Shown: positions 8,917-18,654 of the stretch, piece by piece | Numbering within the stretch: the stretch's first letter is position 1 | Layout of the letters: each line of letters starts with the position of its first letter | Assembly (NCBI GenBank): GCA_003134555.1 | Contig: PLBO01000154.1 | Span: 102,357 to 166,356 of the forward strand | Length of the DNA: 64,000 nucleotides | Source of the DNA: Actinomycetota bacterium | GTDB taxonomy: Bacteria; Actinomycetota; Acidimicrobiia; IMCC26256; PALSA-610 | Reading direction: 5' to 3' | The notes under the pieces: model-generated | Database searches by the model: none | The model's input: only the letters and a program-made list of their open reading frames with translations | What the model was told of the DNA's origin: nothing | Made by a program: the position numbers and the translations under genes

Positions 8917-10514
8917 AGCAACCGCGACCCGCGACGGTCGCGCGCTTCGTCGCGGCCGCCACGTCCGGTGCCCTTCTCGCGCTCAGCCGCCCGCCGTTCG
9001 ACATCGGGCCCCTCGCCTGCATCGCGCTCGTGCCGCTCTTCGTCGCGTGGCGCGGACGCACAGCCCGCGGCGCAGCCGGCCTCGCGTTCGTCGCGGGGGT
9101 CGTCTACTACGGCACGTTGTGCGTATGGATCTGGTACTTCGGAGCGATCGCGCTCGTGCCGTTCAGCGCGGCGGTCGCGGCGTACTGGGCGGCCGCGGGA
9201 GCGGTTGTCGGGTGGCTGCGGACGCGAGGTATTGCGAACCCGTGGCTGACGGCGGCGGTCTGGGTGTGCGCCGACGCACTCGTCGCCCGCTGGCCCTTCG
9301 GTGGCTTCTCGTGGGGTGAGGTCGGTTACGCGTTCCACGACGTCGCGCCGGCCCGGGCCGTCGCGAGCGTCGGCGGCGTCACCCTGGTGACGTTCCTCGC
9401 CGTCGCCCTCAACGCGCTGCTCGCCGATCTGCTGGGTCAGAGGCGCGGGCTCGGCGCGTACGTCCGGACCCAAGCCGGCATCGCCGTGGTCGCGGCGGTC
9501 GTGGTGACGGCAACCGTCACCCGGGCCCAGCCCCGAGCGGTCGGCTCCCTGCACGTTGCCCTCGTCCAGGGCAACGACCAGAACCGGGATCTCACGCAAG
9601 CCGAGATCGATGCGCGCTATCTGCCGGCCAGCCACTTCGACCTGGCCCGGAGGATTACCGACCCCGTCGACCTCATCGTGTTCCCCGAGTCGAGCATGGA
9701 CGCCGACCCGAGAACCGACCCCTACATCCGCTCGAACCTCGCCGCCGTCGCCCGGCGCCACCACGCGTGGGTGCTGGCGAACGCGAGTGTCGACGCGCCG
9801 CCCGACGGTCACGAGTTGTCGAACCTCGACGTCCTCTTCGACCCCAAGGGCCGCGTCGAGGGCGCGTACAGCAAACGGCACCTGGTGCCATTCGGCGAAT
9901 CGGTGCCGTTCCGCGCATCGCTCGAGCACGTCGTCAGCGAACTCCAACGGGTGCCGCGCGATTACCGACCCGGGCCGAAGCCCGGCCTGTTCCCCGTCGC
10001 CGGCGTGCGCATCGGCACGTTGATCTGCTTCGAGTCGGCGTTCGGATATCAGGTACGGCCGTTGGTGCGCGACGGCGCGCAGGTGATCGTGATCTCGACG
10101 AACAACCGCTCCTACCGGCGGTCGGCCAACTCCGCCCAGCACGTCGCGATCGGACAAATGCGCGCCGCGGAGACCGGGCGTCCGGTCGTCCAGGCTGCGA
10201 TCTCGGGCATCACCGCGGTGATCGACGCCGACGGTGTCGTGCACGACCGTACGCACCTGTTCGATCGCACGGTGGTGCAGGCGACGGTCGAGGCGACGGC
10301 CGGCGAGACGCCCTACGTGCGCTACGGGGAGTGGGTGACGCTGGCGAGCATGGTGGCGGTGGCGGTCGCCATCGCGCTCGGTGTTGCCCGCGCGCGCCGG
10401 ACGACGTCCCTAGACTCCAACTCCGAGCTCGAGCCCGCGTCGATCGATGCGAAGATCGCCGGACCCGAGGTCGTCACGATGGCCGACGAGCGAGAATCGA
10501 CCGCACCGCCATGA
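8913..10514 (+). CDS. lnt: apolipoprotein N-acyltransferase
   Basis: The GTG at 8913 overlaps the upstream stop (GTGA). Polytopic N-terminal half followed by a CN-hydrolase domain (VALVQGN..., FPESS, ICFES). Size is about 533 aa. Confidence 0.85.
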   Translation: MKQPRPATVARFVAAATSGALLALSRPPFDIGPLACIALVPLFVAWRGRTARGAAGLAFVAGVVYYGTLCVWIWYFGAIALVPFSAAVAAYWAAAGAVVGWLRTRGIANPWLTAAVWVCADALVARWPFGGFSWGEVGYAFHDVAPARAVASVGGVTLVTFLAVALNALLADLLGQRRGLGAYVRTQAGIAVVAAVVVTATVTRAQPRAVGSLHVALVQGNDQNRDLTQAEIDARYLPASHFDLARRITDPVDLIVFPESSMDADPRTDPYIRSNLAAVARRHHAWVLANASVDAPPDGHELSNLDVLFDPKGRVEGAYSKRHLVPFGESVPFRASLEHVVSELQRVPRDYRPGPKPGLFPVAGVRIGTLICFESAFGYQVRPLVRDGAQVIVISTNNRSYRRSANSAQHVAIGQMRAAETGRPVVQAAISGITAVIDADGVVHDRTHLFDRTVVQATVEATAGETPYVRYGEWVTLASMVAVAVAIALGVARARRTTSLDSNSELEPASIDAKIAGPEVVTMADERESTAPP

Positions 10515-11143
10515 CCGAGAATCCCGATCGGATCGAACGCACGCTCGAACTGCTCTTGTTCGCGCCCATCGGTGTCGGCGCCTTCCTGCGCGACAGCGCG
10601 CCGTCATTCGTCGACATGGTCGTGTCACGCGGGCGCGCCGAGTTCGATCGTCGCCAAGAGGAAGTGCAGCAGCGGATCACCTCGGCGCGCAGTCTGGGCC
10701 AGGTCGCGTTGGCGTTCGGGGCGCCGAAGCTGCGCGAGCGCGCCGAGCAGACGGTGACCGACGCGCGCCGCCGAGCCGAAGAGCTGCTCGGCTCCCATGC
10801 CGCCGACCCCTCGCCCCCGCGCGCCGACCTGCCGCCGTCATCGCCGGTCACCGAGTCGCCGACACCGATACCGACACCGGCGGCATCGACTCCGGCCGCT
10901 TCACGCGAGCACTACGCCGGCTTGTACGCGGAGACGCGCGACGAGCCGACGAATACAAGCAATGGCGATCTCGCGGGCAGCGCCGAGCTCCCGATCCCCG
11001 GCTACGACGCGTTGTCGGCGTCGCAGGTCGTCGAGCGCCTGCTCGGCCTTGCGCCCGAGGAGCTCGACGCCGTGCACGCGTACGAGTCGTCACACCGGCA
11101 GCGGCGCACGATCCTCGGCAAGATCGAACAGCTCGCCGAGTAG
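10511..11143 (+). CDS. conserved hypothetical protein
   Basis: The ATG at 10511 overlaps the lnt stop (ATGA). 210 aa with a Pro-rich linker and a helical C-terminus IPGYDALSASQVVERLLGLAPEELDAVHAYE. Confidence 0.6.
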   Translation: MTENPDRIERTLELLLFAPIGVGAFLRDSAPSFVDMVVSRGRAEFDRRQEEVQQRITSARSLGQVALAFGAPKLRERAEQTVTDARRRAEELLGSHAADPSPPRADLPPSSPVTESPTPIPTPAASTPAASREHYAGLYAETRDEPTNTSNGDLAGSAELPIPGYDALSASQVVERLLGLAPEELDAVHAYESSHRQRRTILGKIEQLAE

Positions 11144-11151
11144 CGAACACC

Positions 11152-11616
11152 GTGGAGCCCGCTCGAGCGGCCAACCCGACCGACCTTCCCGTGCTCGTCG
11201 AACTGGCGCGGGCACTGCGCGCGGAGATGACCGGCCAGCGAGGCGGCGCGCTCTGGGCGACGCGCGAGGCCCGGCCCGAGCCCCACGAGGACACCCTCGC
11301 ATCGCTGCTCGGACGCGACGACGCGTCGATCATCGTCGGAACGATCGACGGCACGATCGTGGGGTACGGCACAATCGAGATCGAGACCCTCCGCGACGGC
11401 TCGCGGCTCGGAGTGGTCGGTGACCTGTTCGTGGAACGGGAAGCACGGGCCGTCGGGGTCGGCGAGTCGATCGCCGATCTGATCATCAAGTTCTGCGCCG
11501 GGGCACACTGCGTGGGGATCGACGCGTACGCGCTGCCCGGCGCGCGCGACGCGAAGAACTTCTTCGAAAGATCCGGCTTTACCGCGCGCGCGCTGGTGAT
11601 GCACCACAAGCTCTGA
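11152..11616 (+). CDS. GNAT family N-acetyltransferase
   Basis: GTG start at 11152, 154 aa. The segment LFVEREARAVGVGESIADLIIKF...FFERSGF fits the acetyl-CoA-binding motif A region of GNATs. Confidence 0.8.
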   Translation: MEPARAANPTDLPVLVELARALRAEMTGQRGGALWATREARPEPHEDTLASLLGRDDASIIVGTIDGTIVGYGTIEIETLRDGSRLGVVGDLFVEREARAVGVGESIADLIIKFCAGAHCVGIDAYALPGARDAKNFFERSGFTARALVMHHKL

Positions 11617-11692
11617 GCGCCCGCCGGTGGCCGCCGATCGGCGTCCCGGCAGCCTCTTCGAATCCCTCGAACGGCTGGATAGTGTGCGCGGC

Positions 11693-13492
11693 ATGACCAA
11701 GACCGACGCCGACCTCACCGCCGCCGAGATCGTGTGGGATCTCGAACCGCTGCTGCCCGAACCCTCTGACCGAGGCCTGGCCGATCTCCTCGACGCGGCC
11801 GACGGACGCGCCGAGGAGCTGGCGAAAACGCGCGGGCACGTGGCCGAGCTCGACGCGGCCGGGCTGACGGCGTTCATGGAGAGGCTGGGCGAGGTGCTCG
11901 ATCTCGTCGGGCGGGCCGGCAGCTACGCGGGGCTCGATTTCGCGACCGACACCACCGATCCCGCGCGCGGCGCGCGGATGCAGCGGGTCGAGGAACGGGC
12001 GACGGTCATCAGCACCAAGCTGTTGTTCTTCGAGCTCGAGTGGGCCGAGCTCTCCGACGAGCATGTCGAGCGCGTGCTCGCCGACGATCGCCTGTCGATC
12101 GCCCGCCACTATCTGCGCTCCGCTCGCCGTTACCGGCCGCACCTGCTCACCGAGCCGGAAGAAGTCGTCCTCACCGAGAAGGCCATGACCGGCCGCAGCG
12201 CTTGGGAGCGGCTGTTCGAGGAACAGGTATCGAGCATCGCGGTCGAGCTCGACGGCGCGCCGACCACGCTCGAAGCCGCGCTCGGGCACCTGCACGCGCC
12301 CGATCGTGACGTCAGGCGCCGCGCCGCGGAGGCAATCACGACGGGACTGGAGCCCGGGCTGCGCACGCGTTCGTTCGTGCTGAACACGTTGCTCTCCGAC
12401 AAGGCGGTCGACGACCGGCTGCGGCATTTCGACAGCTGGATCGCGAGCCGCAACCTGGCGAACGAGGCGGGCGACGAGTCGGTCCAGGCCCTCGTCGACG
12501 CGGTGCAACGTCGCTACACGATCCCGCAGCGGTGGTACGCGCTGAAGGCGCGCCTACTCGGCCTCGATCGTCTCGCCGACTACGACCGCATGGCTTCGGT
12601 CGCCGACGTCGAGGCCCAGATCGGATGGCGCGCGGCGAAGGAGCTCGTGCTCGACGCGTACGGGTCGTTCTCGGGCGAGCTCGCCGACACCGCACAGCGC
12701 TTCTTCGACGGCGCGTGGATCGACGCGCCGGCCCGGCCCGGAAAGCGCCCCGGGGCGTTCTGTGCGTACACCGTGCCGTCGCACCATCCGTACGTGCTCT
12801 TGAACTGGACCGCGCGGCGGCGCGACGTCCTCACGCTCGCGCACGAGCTCGGTCACGGATTGCACGCGTACCTCGCGCGGGAGCAGGGCGTCTTCCATCA
12901 GGGGACGCCGTTGACGCTGGCCGAGACCGCGTCGGTGTTCGGAGAGACGGTTACGTTCGGCCGGCTGCTCGACGAGGTCACCGATCCGCAGGAGCGGCTC
13001 GCGTTGCTCGCGTCGAATCTCGAGGATCAGATCGCGACCGTGTTCCGGCAGATCGCGATGAACCGGTTCGAGGACACGATGCACACCGAACGCCGCGAGG
13101 TGGGGGAGCTGTCGGTCGAGCGGCTCGGCGAGCTCTGGGCGGCTTCCCAGGCGCCGATGTTGGGCGACGCGGTCGAGATCACCGAGGGCTACCGCACGTG
13201 GTGGTCGTACATCCCGCATTTCATCGCAACGCCCGGCTACGTGTACGCGTACGCCTACGGTCAGCTGCTGGCGCTGTCGGTATACGCGCAGTACGAGGCG
13301 CGCGGCGCCGACTTCGTGCCGCAGTACCTCGATCTGTTGCGCGCGGGTGGATCGATGCCGCCCGAAGAGCTTGGCAAGCTCGTCGACGTCGATCTCGCCG
13401 ACCCGGGGTTCTGGGATCGGGGTCTCGACATCATCGAGCGCCGCCTCGACGAGACCATCGCCGCGGCCGAAGCCGCCGGAAGGTTGTCATGA
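11693..13492 (+). CDS. pepF: M3-family oligoendopeptidase F
   Basis: About 600 aa with the HELGHGLH zinc motif (HExxH). Start taken at MTKTDADL; the track ORF begins 22 codons earlier. Confidence 0.85.
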   Translation: MTKTDADLTAAEIVWDLEPLLPEPSDRGLADLLDAADGRAEELAKTRGHVAELDAAGLTAFMERLGEVLDLVGRAGSYAGLDFATDTTDPARGARMQRVEERATVISTKLLFFELEWAELSDEHVERVLADDRLSIARHYLRSARRYRPHLLTEPEEVVLTEKAMTGRSAWERLFEEQVSSIAVELDGAPTTLEAALGHLHAPDRDVRRRAAEAITTGLEPGLRTRSFVLNTLLSDKAVDDRLRHFDSWIASRNLANEAGDESVQALVDAVQRRYTIPQRWYALKARLLGLDRLADYDRMASVADVEAQIGWRAAKELVLDAYGSFSGELADTAQRFFDGAWIDAPARPGKRPGAFCAYTVPSHHPYVLLNWTARRRDVLTLAHELGHGLHAYLAREQGVFHQGTPLTLAETASVFGETVTFGRLLDEVTDPQERLALLASNLEDQIATVFRQIAMNRFEDTMHTERREVGELSVERLGELWAASQAPMLGDAVEITEGYRTWWSYIPHFIATPGYVYAYAYGQLLALSVYAQYEARGADFVPQYLDLLRAGGSMPPEELGKLVDVDLADPGFWDRGLDIIERRLDETIAAAEAAGRLS

Positions 13493-14547
13493 CGTATCGC
13501 GTCATCCAGTGGAGCACGGGCAACGTGGGAACGGCCGCGTTGCGTTGCATCATCCGCGATCCGGAGCTCGAGCTCGTCGGCGTGTGGGTGCACTCCGCCG
13601 AGAAAGCGGGTCGGGACGCGGGCGAGTTGTGCGGCCTGCCGCCGACCGGCGTGCTCGCGACCAACGATGCCGACGCGCTGCTCGCACTCGATGCCGACTG
13701 CGTCTCCTATACCGCCACCGCCGACCTGCGTCCGATGGACGCGATCACCGACATGGCACGCGTGTTGCGATCGGGCAAGAACGTCGTGTCGAGCTCGGTC
13801 GTCGCCGCGATCTTTCCCCCGCATCTCGAACCTTCGATGCGCAAGCCGTTGGAGGATGCGTGCGCCGAAGGTGGCGTGTCGTTCTTCACGTCGGGCATCG
13901 ACCCGGGCTGGGCGAACGACGCACTCCCGCTGTTGCTCACGGGAACGTGCGAAGAGGTCGAAGTCCTCCGCGTGATGGAGATCGTCAACTACAAGCACTA
14001 CGAGCAGCCGACGGTGCTGTTCGAGACGATGGGCTTCGGGCAGGCACTCGATTCCAAGCCGCTGCTCTTGATCCCCGGCGTGTTGTCGTTCGCGTGGGGC
14101 GGCGTGATCAAGGTGCTGGCCGCGGGACTGGGTGTCGAGGTCGAAGAGTTGCGCGAGGTGCACGAGCGCCGGCCCGCGCCCGACAAGATCGATCTGGGTT
14201 TCGGTGTGATCGAGGAGGGCACGACCGCGGCGATGCGCTTCGAAGTACAGGGCATCGTCGGCGGCGAGCCGCGCATCATCCTCGAGCACGTCACCCGCCT
14301 CGACGACGCGTTGTGCCCCGACTGGCCGCAGCCCGTCGGCGCCGGGGGATACCGGGTCGTCGTCACCGGAACGCCGAGCTACCAATGCGACGTGCAGATG
14401 ACCGCGCGCCCCGGACAGGGCGATCCCGGCGTCATCGGCACGGCCGGCCGCCTCGTGAACGCCATCCCGGTCGTGTGCGCAGCTCCGCCCGGCTTGCTGT
14501 CGGTGCTCGACATGCCCCTCGTCACCGGTCAGGGTGTGATGCGATAA
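13489..14547 (+). CDS. NAD(P)-binding DapB-N-like dehydrogenase (dihydrodipicolinate reductase / amine dehydrogenase family)
   Basis: The ATG at 13489 overlaps the pepF stop (ATGA). The N-terminus MTYRVIQWSTGNVGTAALRCIIRDPELELVGVWVHS is characteristic of this family. 352 aa. Confidence 0.7.
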   Translation: MTYRVIQWSTGNVGTAALRCIIRDPELELVGVWVHSAEKAGRDAGELCGLPPTGVLATNDADALLALDADCVSYTATADLRPMDAITDMARVLRSGKNVVSSSVVAAIFPPHLEPSMRKPLEDACAEGGVSFFTSGIDPGWANDALPLLLTGTCEEVEVLRVMEIVNYKHYEQPTVLFETMGFGQALDSKPLLLIPGVLSFAWGGVIKVLAAGLGVEVEELREVHERRPAPDKIDLGFGVIEEGTTAAMRFEVQGIVGGEPRIILEHVTRLDDALCPDWPQPVGAGGYRVVVTGTPSYQCDVQMTARPGQGDPGVIGTAGRLVNAIPVVCAAPPGLLSVLDMPLVTGQGVMR

Positions 14548-16202
14548 CGCCGGAGCGGAAGGGCCAGGCCGAGGAGGGGGAGGGGCAGGATCGTCGCCGC
14601 GATCGGGCCGCTCTTCGTGCACCAGGAGTTGGCCGGCACGCCCGCGCACGGGTTCGGCATCGACGGTTGCGGCGTCAACGCGGGCAGCACGACCTTCGAG
14701 CGACGCGGGTAGGCGGTGCCGCGCTTGGGCGGACACGCACCGAAGACCTCGGTGGCGCAGATCACCTGTGCGGTCAATGTGCTGCCGAGCTGCGCGCCGG
14801 CATGGGCGATACCGCATGTTCCGTTGGTCTCTTGCAGGCGCGGCGGCGCGCTCGTGACTCCGGCCGCGTCGATGTTCTCGTGCCAGCAATTGCCGGGCGT
14901 GTGCCGCGCCGAGAGCTCCGCGAGGTCGCCGTTCGTCGGGTTTCCGAAGCCGCCGTTGTTCTGGAACGTGTTGTGCGCGATGTCGTTGCCCCAGGTGTCG
15001 AAATAGCAGCCCTTGATGCCGAGTCCGGGAACGCCGTTCGGATCGCCGCCTTGGCAATGCGCGATAGGCGGCGGTGTATCTGTGTCCGGGAAGGGCACGA
15101 CGAGGACCGCCCAGCTGCCGTTGTTCTCGAAGCGGTTGTCGACCACCGTGTTGTTGCGCCCACCGGAGATCACCAACCCCGTTCCGGGCGGACCGAGGTT
15201 GGCGGTGCCGCGACCCGGAACGTTCGAAGTGTTGTTGTCGTGCACGAAGTTGTGCTGGAAGACCCAGCAGGAGCGCGTACCGGTCGGTCCGATCCCGCGG
15301 TTCGGGCACGTGCCGTCCTGCGGCGAGGGCGCGTCGTCGTTGTTCTGACTGTTCGTCGAGAAACCGGTCTTGTTGTGGTCGAACTCGCTGTTCTGCACGA
15401 TCAGGTGGCCGCCCGAGTTGGTGCCCGAGTAACCCAGCGCCGAGAACTGCGCGTGCGCGTCGTCGAGCGTGGCGTTGCAGTCGCGGCACGCGCCGATGTA
15501 GTAGCCGGAGTCGGACATGTTGCTGGCGTAGCTGTGGGCGACGACGCCCGGGCCGTCGCTGTTGCTCACGAAGATGCCGTACGAACCGTCGCCGCCGGCA
15601 CCCGCGAAGGTCGTCGTCGCCGACAGGTAGCTGCCGTTGTACGCGTGCAATCCGATGGTGCCCGACCCGTCACCGCCGTTCCACCAGATCTGGTTGCCAC
15701 CACCTTGCGACCCCGAGAGGAAGTTGCACACGGTGAGGTTCTCGATCGAGCCGGCGCTCGCCTTCCACACCTCCAGGCCGTTGCGGCCGACCGACTTTCC
15801 CTTGGCGTCGACGGGCCCGAAGTCCTGATCGCCCGCGCGCGCGCTGCAGCGCGGCGCACCGGGCTTCGTGCCGTCGATCACCACGGCATTGCGGTCCATC
15901 CCGCGGACGTGCACCCCGGGCCTCGCGACCCAAACGCCCGAGCTCGCGTGCTCTCCTACGGGAACCGACCGGTCGTAGCGCTCGTGGTAGTCGCCCGGTG
16001 CGACCAGCACCCAGTCGCCGGGCTTGGCTGCGTCGACCGCGGCCTGGATGGTGGGGTAGCCCCCCGCGTGGCCCTTGTAGGTGCCGACGAGCAGCACGTG
16101 CGCGCCGGCGGCGTTGTCGCTCGGCTTCGGTGTGGCGCTCGAGCACGCCACGAGTCCGGTCACGCCGAGCAACGCGAACCACGCGACGAGGCGTCCGGTC
16201 AT
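14529..16202 (-). CDS. right-handed parallel beta-helix repeat lipoprotein
   Basis: Start at MTGRLVAWFALLGVTGLVACSS (signal peptide plus lipobox LVAC). It has many NxxxN/G-rich beta-helix repeats (VVDNRFENNG, IAHNTFQNNGG) and a C-terminal hydrophobic stretch followed by RRYR. Confidence 0.75.
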   Translation of the reverse strand: MTGRLVAWFALLGVTGLVACSSATPKPSDNAAGAHVLLVGTYKGHAGGYPTIQAAVDAAKPGDWVLVAPGDYHERYDRSVPVGEHASSGVWVARPGVHVRGMDRNAVVIDGTKPGAPRCSARAGDQDFGPVDAKGKSVGRNGLEVWKASAGSIENLTVCNFLSGSQGGGNQIWWNGGDGSGTIGLHAYNGSYLSATTTFAGAGGDGSYGIFVSNSDGPGVVAHSYASNMSDSGYYIGACRDCNATLDDAHAQFSALGYSGTNSGGHLIVQNSEFDHNKTGFSTNSQNNDDAPSPQDGTCPNRGIGPTGTRSCWVFQHNFVHDNNTSNVPGRGTANLGPPGTGLVISGGRNNTVVDNRFENNGSWAVLVVPFPDTDTPPPIAHCQGGDPNGVPGLGIKGCYFDTWGNDIAHNTFQNNGGFGNPTNGDLAELSARHTPGNCWHENIDAAGVTSAPPRLQETNGTCGIAHAGAQLGSTLTAQVICATEVFGACPPKRGTAYPRRSKVVLPALTPQPSMPNPCAGVPANSWCTKSGPIAATILPLPLLGLALPLRRYRITP

Positions 16203-16671
16203 GTCGCGGACACTACAGACACGTAGCGGTAGAGAATTTTGGGGCTGCGCCCGCGACCCGGGCGGGTGAATGGGCGCAGGCAACGCAGCCCTGTTCGAGC
16301 TTAAGCCCCGGCCGAGCGCGGCGAATCAGGGTTCACCCGCATATCGCTGCGGTATACGTGGCGCGTAAGCGGGCAGTGACTCGGTTTGGAATGCGGTAAC
16401 GGGCCGGTGACGCCGCCGCGTCACCGTGCGGGTATGTATGCGTCATCTCCGCCCGGCGTGCCGTATCGGACAGCTGAAGTTGGCGCGCGCTTCCGTCACA
16501 ACCGGGAGTCGTGTCCCGTCGGCCAGTTGATCGAGCGCGCCGACCGTCGCTACGGAGTGAGCGGCTTACCGCTTTGCGCGTTGTGTCAGGCCGACCCGCC
16601 GACCGACCTTACGGTCAAGGGCTGAACGATCCGAAGACCGCTCGAGAAACGGTGCGTCAGCGCGCACATCG

Positions 16672-16695
16672 CCTAATATCGTCACTGTGACGCAA
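16672..16695 (+). promoter_or_regulatory. -10-like TAATAT plus palindrome CGTCACTGTGACG overlapping the GTG start; candidate leaderless promoter/operator (copy 1 of 2)
   Basis: TAATAT at 16674-16679, seven nt, then the GTG at 16687. The palindrome is at 16680-16692. A near-identical copy lies at 27462-27484. Confidence 0.45.
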
Positions 16696-17010
16696 CACGG
16701 GTGTCGCTGGTGCGGACGGACGTTCGCGGGCGCGGCCGGCAGGGGACGACCGCGGCTGTACTGCAAGCAGGCGTGCCGGCAGCGCGACTTCGAAGCCCGT
16801 CGCCGCGCCCTCGAGCTCGGCCTCGGCGAACACGAGCTCGTCGTCACCCGTGAGGAGCTCGAATCGATCAGAGACCGGCTCTTCGTGCTCGGACACACAA
16901 TCGGCGACGCGGAGCGCGACCTGCGCAAGCCCGAGGCCCGACGAGCCAAGGAGCTGCAGCGCGTGCTTCATTACGTCCTCGAGAGCGCGCGCGACTGCGT
17001 CCGGCCGTAG
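16687..17010 (+). CDS. small Cys-cluster (zinc-ribbon-like) protein, hypothetical
   Basis: 107 aa with GTG start. Contains CRWCGRTF...RPRLYCKQACRQRDFEARRR, a motif type I recall from small actinobacterial and mobile-element proteins. Confidence 0.6.
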   Translation: MTQHGCRWCGRTFAGAAGRGRPRLYCKQACRQRDFEARRRALELGLGEHELVVTREELESIRDRLFVLGHTIGDAERDLRKPEARRAKELQRVLHYVLESARDCVRP

Positions 17011-17050
17011 CCCGCGGTCTCGCGGTGCCCGAGCTGGGGTTACCGCGGTC

Positions 17051-17860
17051 TCAGGCGCGCCGGGCGACGCGACGTCGACCCATGAACCACAGCGCACCGC
17101 CGGCACCCAACGACATCAAGCCCACGAGCGGCGGGAACGTGCTGCTGCCCGTGAACGGCAGCGGCCCCAAGGTCGTCGTCGTAGTAGTCGACGCGAGCGG
17201 CCCGACGCTCGACGGCGTCGTCACGACGGTGGTCGACGAACCCACCAGTGTGCTGCCCTCGGTCACGACCGTCGTCCCGCCCGGAATCGACGTTGTCGAC
17301 GTGCTCGTCGTCGACTCGATGGTCGTGGTCGGAGCCTCGGTCGTCGTGGTCGTGGTCGATTCCGTCGTCGTAGTGGTGGACGATTCGGTGGTCGAGGTCG
17401 TCGTGGTCTCGTCAGGAATGCAAATCTGCTCGAGCGTCACGCTCGCCGTGCGGGTCTCGGTCACCTCGTCGGGCCAGGTCCCGGTGACTGTCAGGGTGAT
17501 CGTTCCCGTCACGTCACCCGGCACGATCGTCGTCGCGGTCGTGGTAGGGCCGTTCGGCTCGACCGTCGGCGAGTATCCCGTGACGTCGTACGGCGTGGCG
17601 CCGATGGCGGCCGTCGCCGACGCGATAGTCATCGTCAGCGACACACTCGTGGTGACGTTGCCGATCGTCCACGTCACGACGTGGTCGCCGTTCGTACACA
17701 CCGTCTCACCGGAGAGCAACGGATGGTGCGCCCACGCGGGCGACGCCATCACAACGACGATCAGCAGCGCACCGGCGCCGGCCGTGCCGAAGCGGCGAGT
17801 CCAAGCGCGTGCGCGGCGCAGACCGCGGGCGCGCCGCGCGAAGGCGTCGATCCGTCTCAC
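17051..17860 (-). CDS. LPXTG-anchored cell-wall surface protein with Thr/Ser-rich stalk
   Basis: The C-terminus LPFTGSSTFPPLVGLMSLGAGGALWFMGRRRVARRA is a canonical sortase sorting signal. The N-terminal signal peptide is ...AGALLIVVVMASPAWA. The GTG at 17860 is my choice and the true start is uncertain. Confidence 0.75.
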   Translation of the reverse strand: MRRIDAFARRARGLRRARAWTRRFGTAGAGALLIVVVMASPAWAHHPLLSGETVCTNGDHVVTWTIGNVTTSVSLTMTIASATAAIGATPYDVTGYSPTVEPNGPTTTATTIVPGDVTGTITLTVTGTWPDEVTETRTASVTLEQICIPDETTTTSTTESSTTTTTESTTTTTTEAPTTTIESTTSTSTTSIPGGTTVVTEGSTLVGSSTTVVTTPSSVGPLASTTTTTTLGPLPFTGSSTFPPLVGLMSLGAGGALWFMGRRRVARRA

Positions 17861-18083
17861 CGAGTGCCTCCAGTCGCAAGGTCGCCCGAGGCGCCTCGCT
17901 TGCTTCCAGTTGCCGGTTGCCCGTCGCGAGATCGCTGACCCCAGATTCCGCAACCCGCGCAGCATACGACGCACAACGTTTCGCGCCGCGGCAATCAGCG
18001 CGAACGCGCAGCGCGATTTGCGAAACGAACACCCAACGCGATCTCGCAACGAACCCGAGACCGCTCGGCGAGCATCTACCCCG

Positions 18084-18111
18084 AACGCCGATAATACCCG
18101 GTGTGGCGTCA
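18084..18111 (+). other. degenerate dif-like site (candidate attL): intact XerC-arm half, diverged XerD-arm half
   Basis: AACGCCGATAATACCCGGTGTGGCGTCA is identical to the 26883-26910 site at 21 of 28 positions. The first 12 positions and CCCG (positions 14-17) are all identical. Confidence 0.6.
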
Positions 18112-18294
18112 CTGTTGGTGGCGGTTGATGTAGGGTATACACCTGACGTGTCCGGCGTTTCCTGAGCTACACCCTTGGGGGGCGTCGGTCGCGTCGCGCT
18201 CGGGTGCTTGCGAACGGTTGTTCGGTCAGGTAGAACACTCGCAACGAAACGTCGCCAGCGCGAAGCTGCGACCATCACCGGAGGGTGTAGCTCC

Positions 18295-18621
18295 ATGGCC
18301 GAAGGCCGGTTGCAAGGTCTGTTCCTCGTCGGCGCGTTCGATCGCGTCGAGCCCGTCGCACGCAAGAGCGGGGAGGTGGTGCCGGGCTTCTTCAACGTGT
18401 TCGTGAACGTCGGCACGCCGTACTCGCGCCGCGCGTCGTTCTCGGAAATGGATCGCGAGACATTCGAAGAGACGCGAATCCATGAGCACTTGGCCTCGTT
18501 GAATCTCAGGGCCGGCGAGCAAGTCGCGGTGCGAGTCGTCGCACGTTCGTCGGACAGTTACGTGAACCTTGACGCGGTGCAGATCATCCCGCTTGAGCGA
18601 GAGGCCGCAGAGGCGCCGTAA
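18295..18621 (+). CDS. hypothetical protein; positional candidate for the phage ssDNA-binding protein
   Basis: ATG at 18295 preceded by GGAGGG at 9-nt spacing. 108 aa with a beta-rich composition. It is the first gene after attL, just before the structural block as gV is in Ff phages. The function is inferred from position only. Confidence 0.55.
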   Translation: MAEGRLQGLFLVGAFDRVEPVARKSGEVVPGFFNVFVNVGTPYSRRASFSEMDRETFEETRIHEHLASLNLRAGEQVAVRVVARSSDSYVNLDAVQIIPLEREAAEAP

Positions 18622-18654
18622 CCGGCGCCCTGTAAATCGGGACGGGGTGTAGCC

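Noticed and set aside
13261-16226. 742-aa (-) and 959-aa (+) ORFs overlapping the DapB-like and beta-helix genes
   Set aside because: Both are Arg-rich shadows. The 14529..16202 minus frame has a lipoprotein signal and beta-helix repeats, and the 13489..14547 plus frame has a Rossmann N-terminus.
16386-16625. 79-aa ORF in the 480-bp gap upstream of the Zn-ribbon gene
   Set aside because: It has no convincing RBS or motif and only borderline composition. It was left unannotated, and a small real gene cannot be excluded.
16203-18294. Looked for a tRNA or tmRNA gene as the prophage integration target, and for rRNA or tRNA genes generally
   Set aside because: No cloverleaf-like sequence or conserved T-loop (GGTTCGAATCC-type) was seen here or elsewhere in the window. 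The ends match dif instead.
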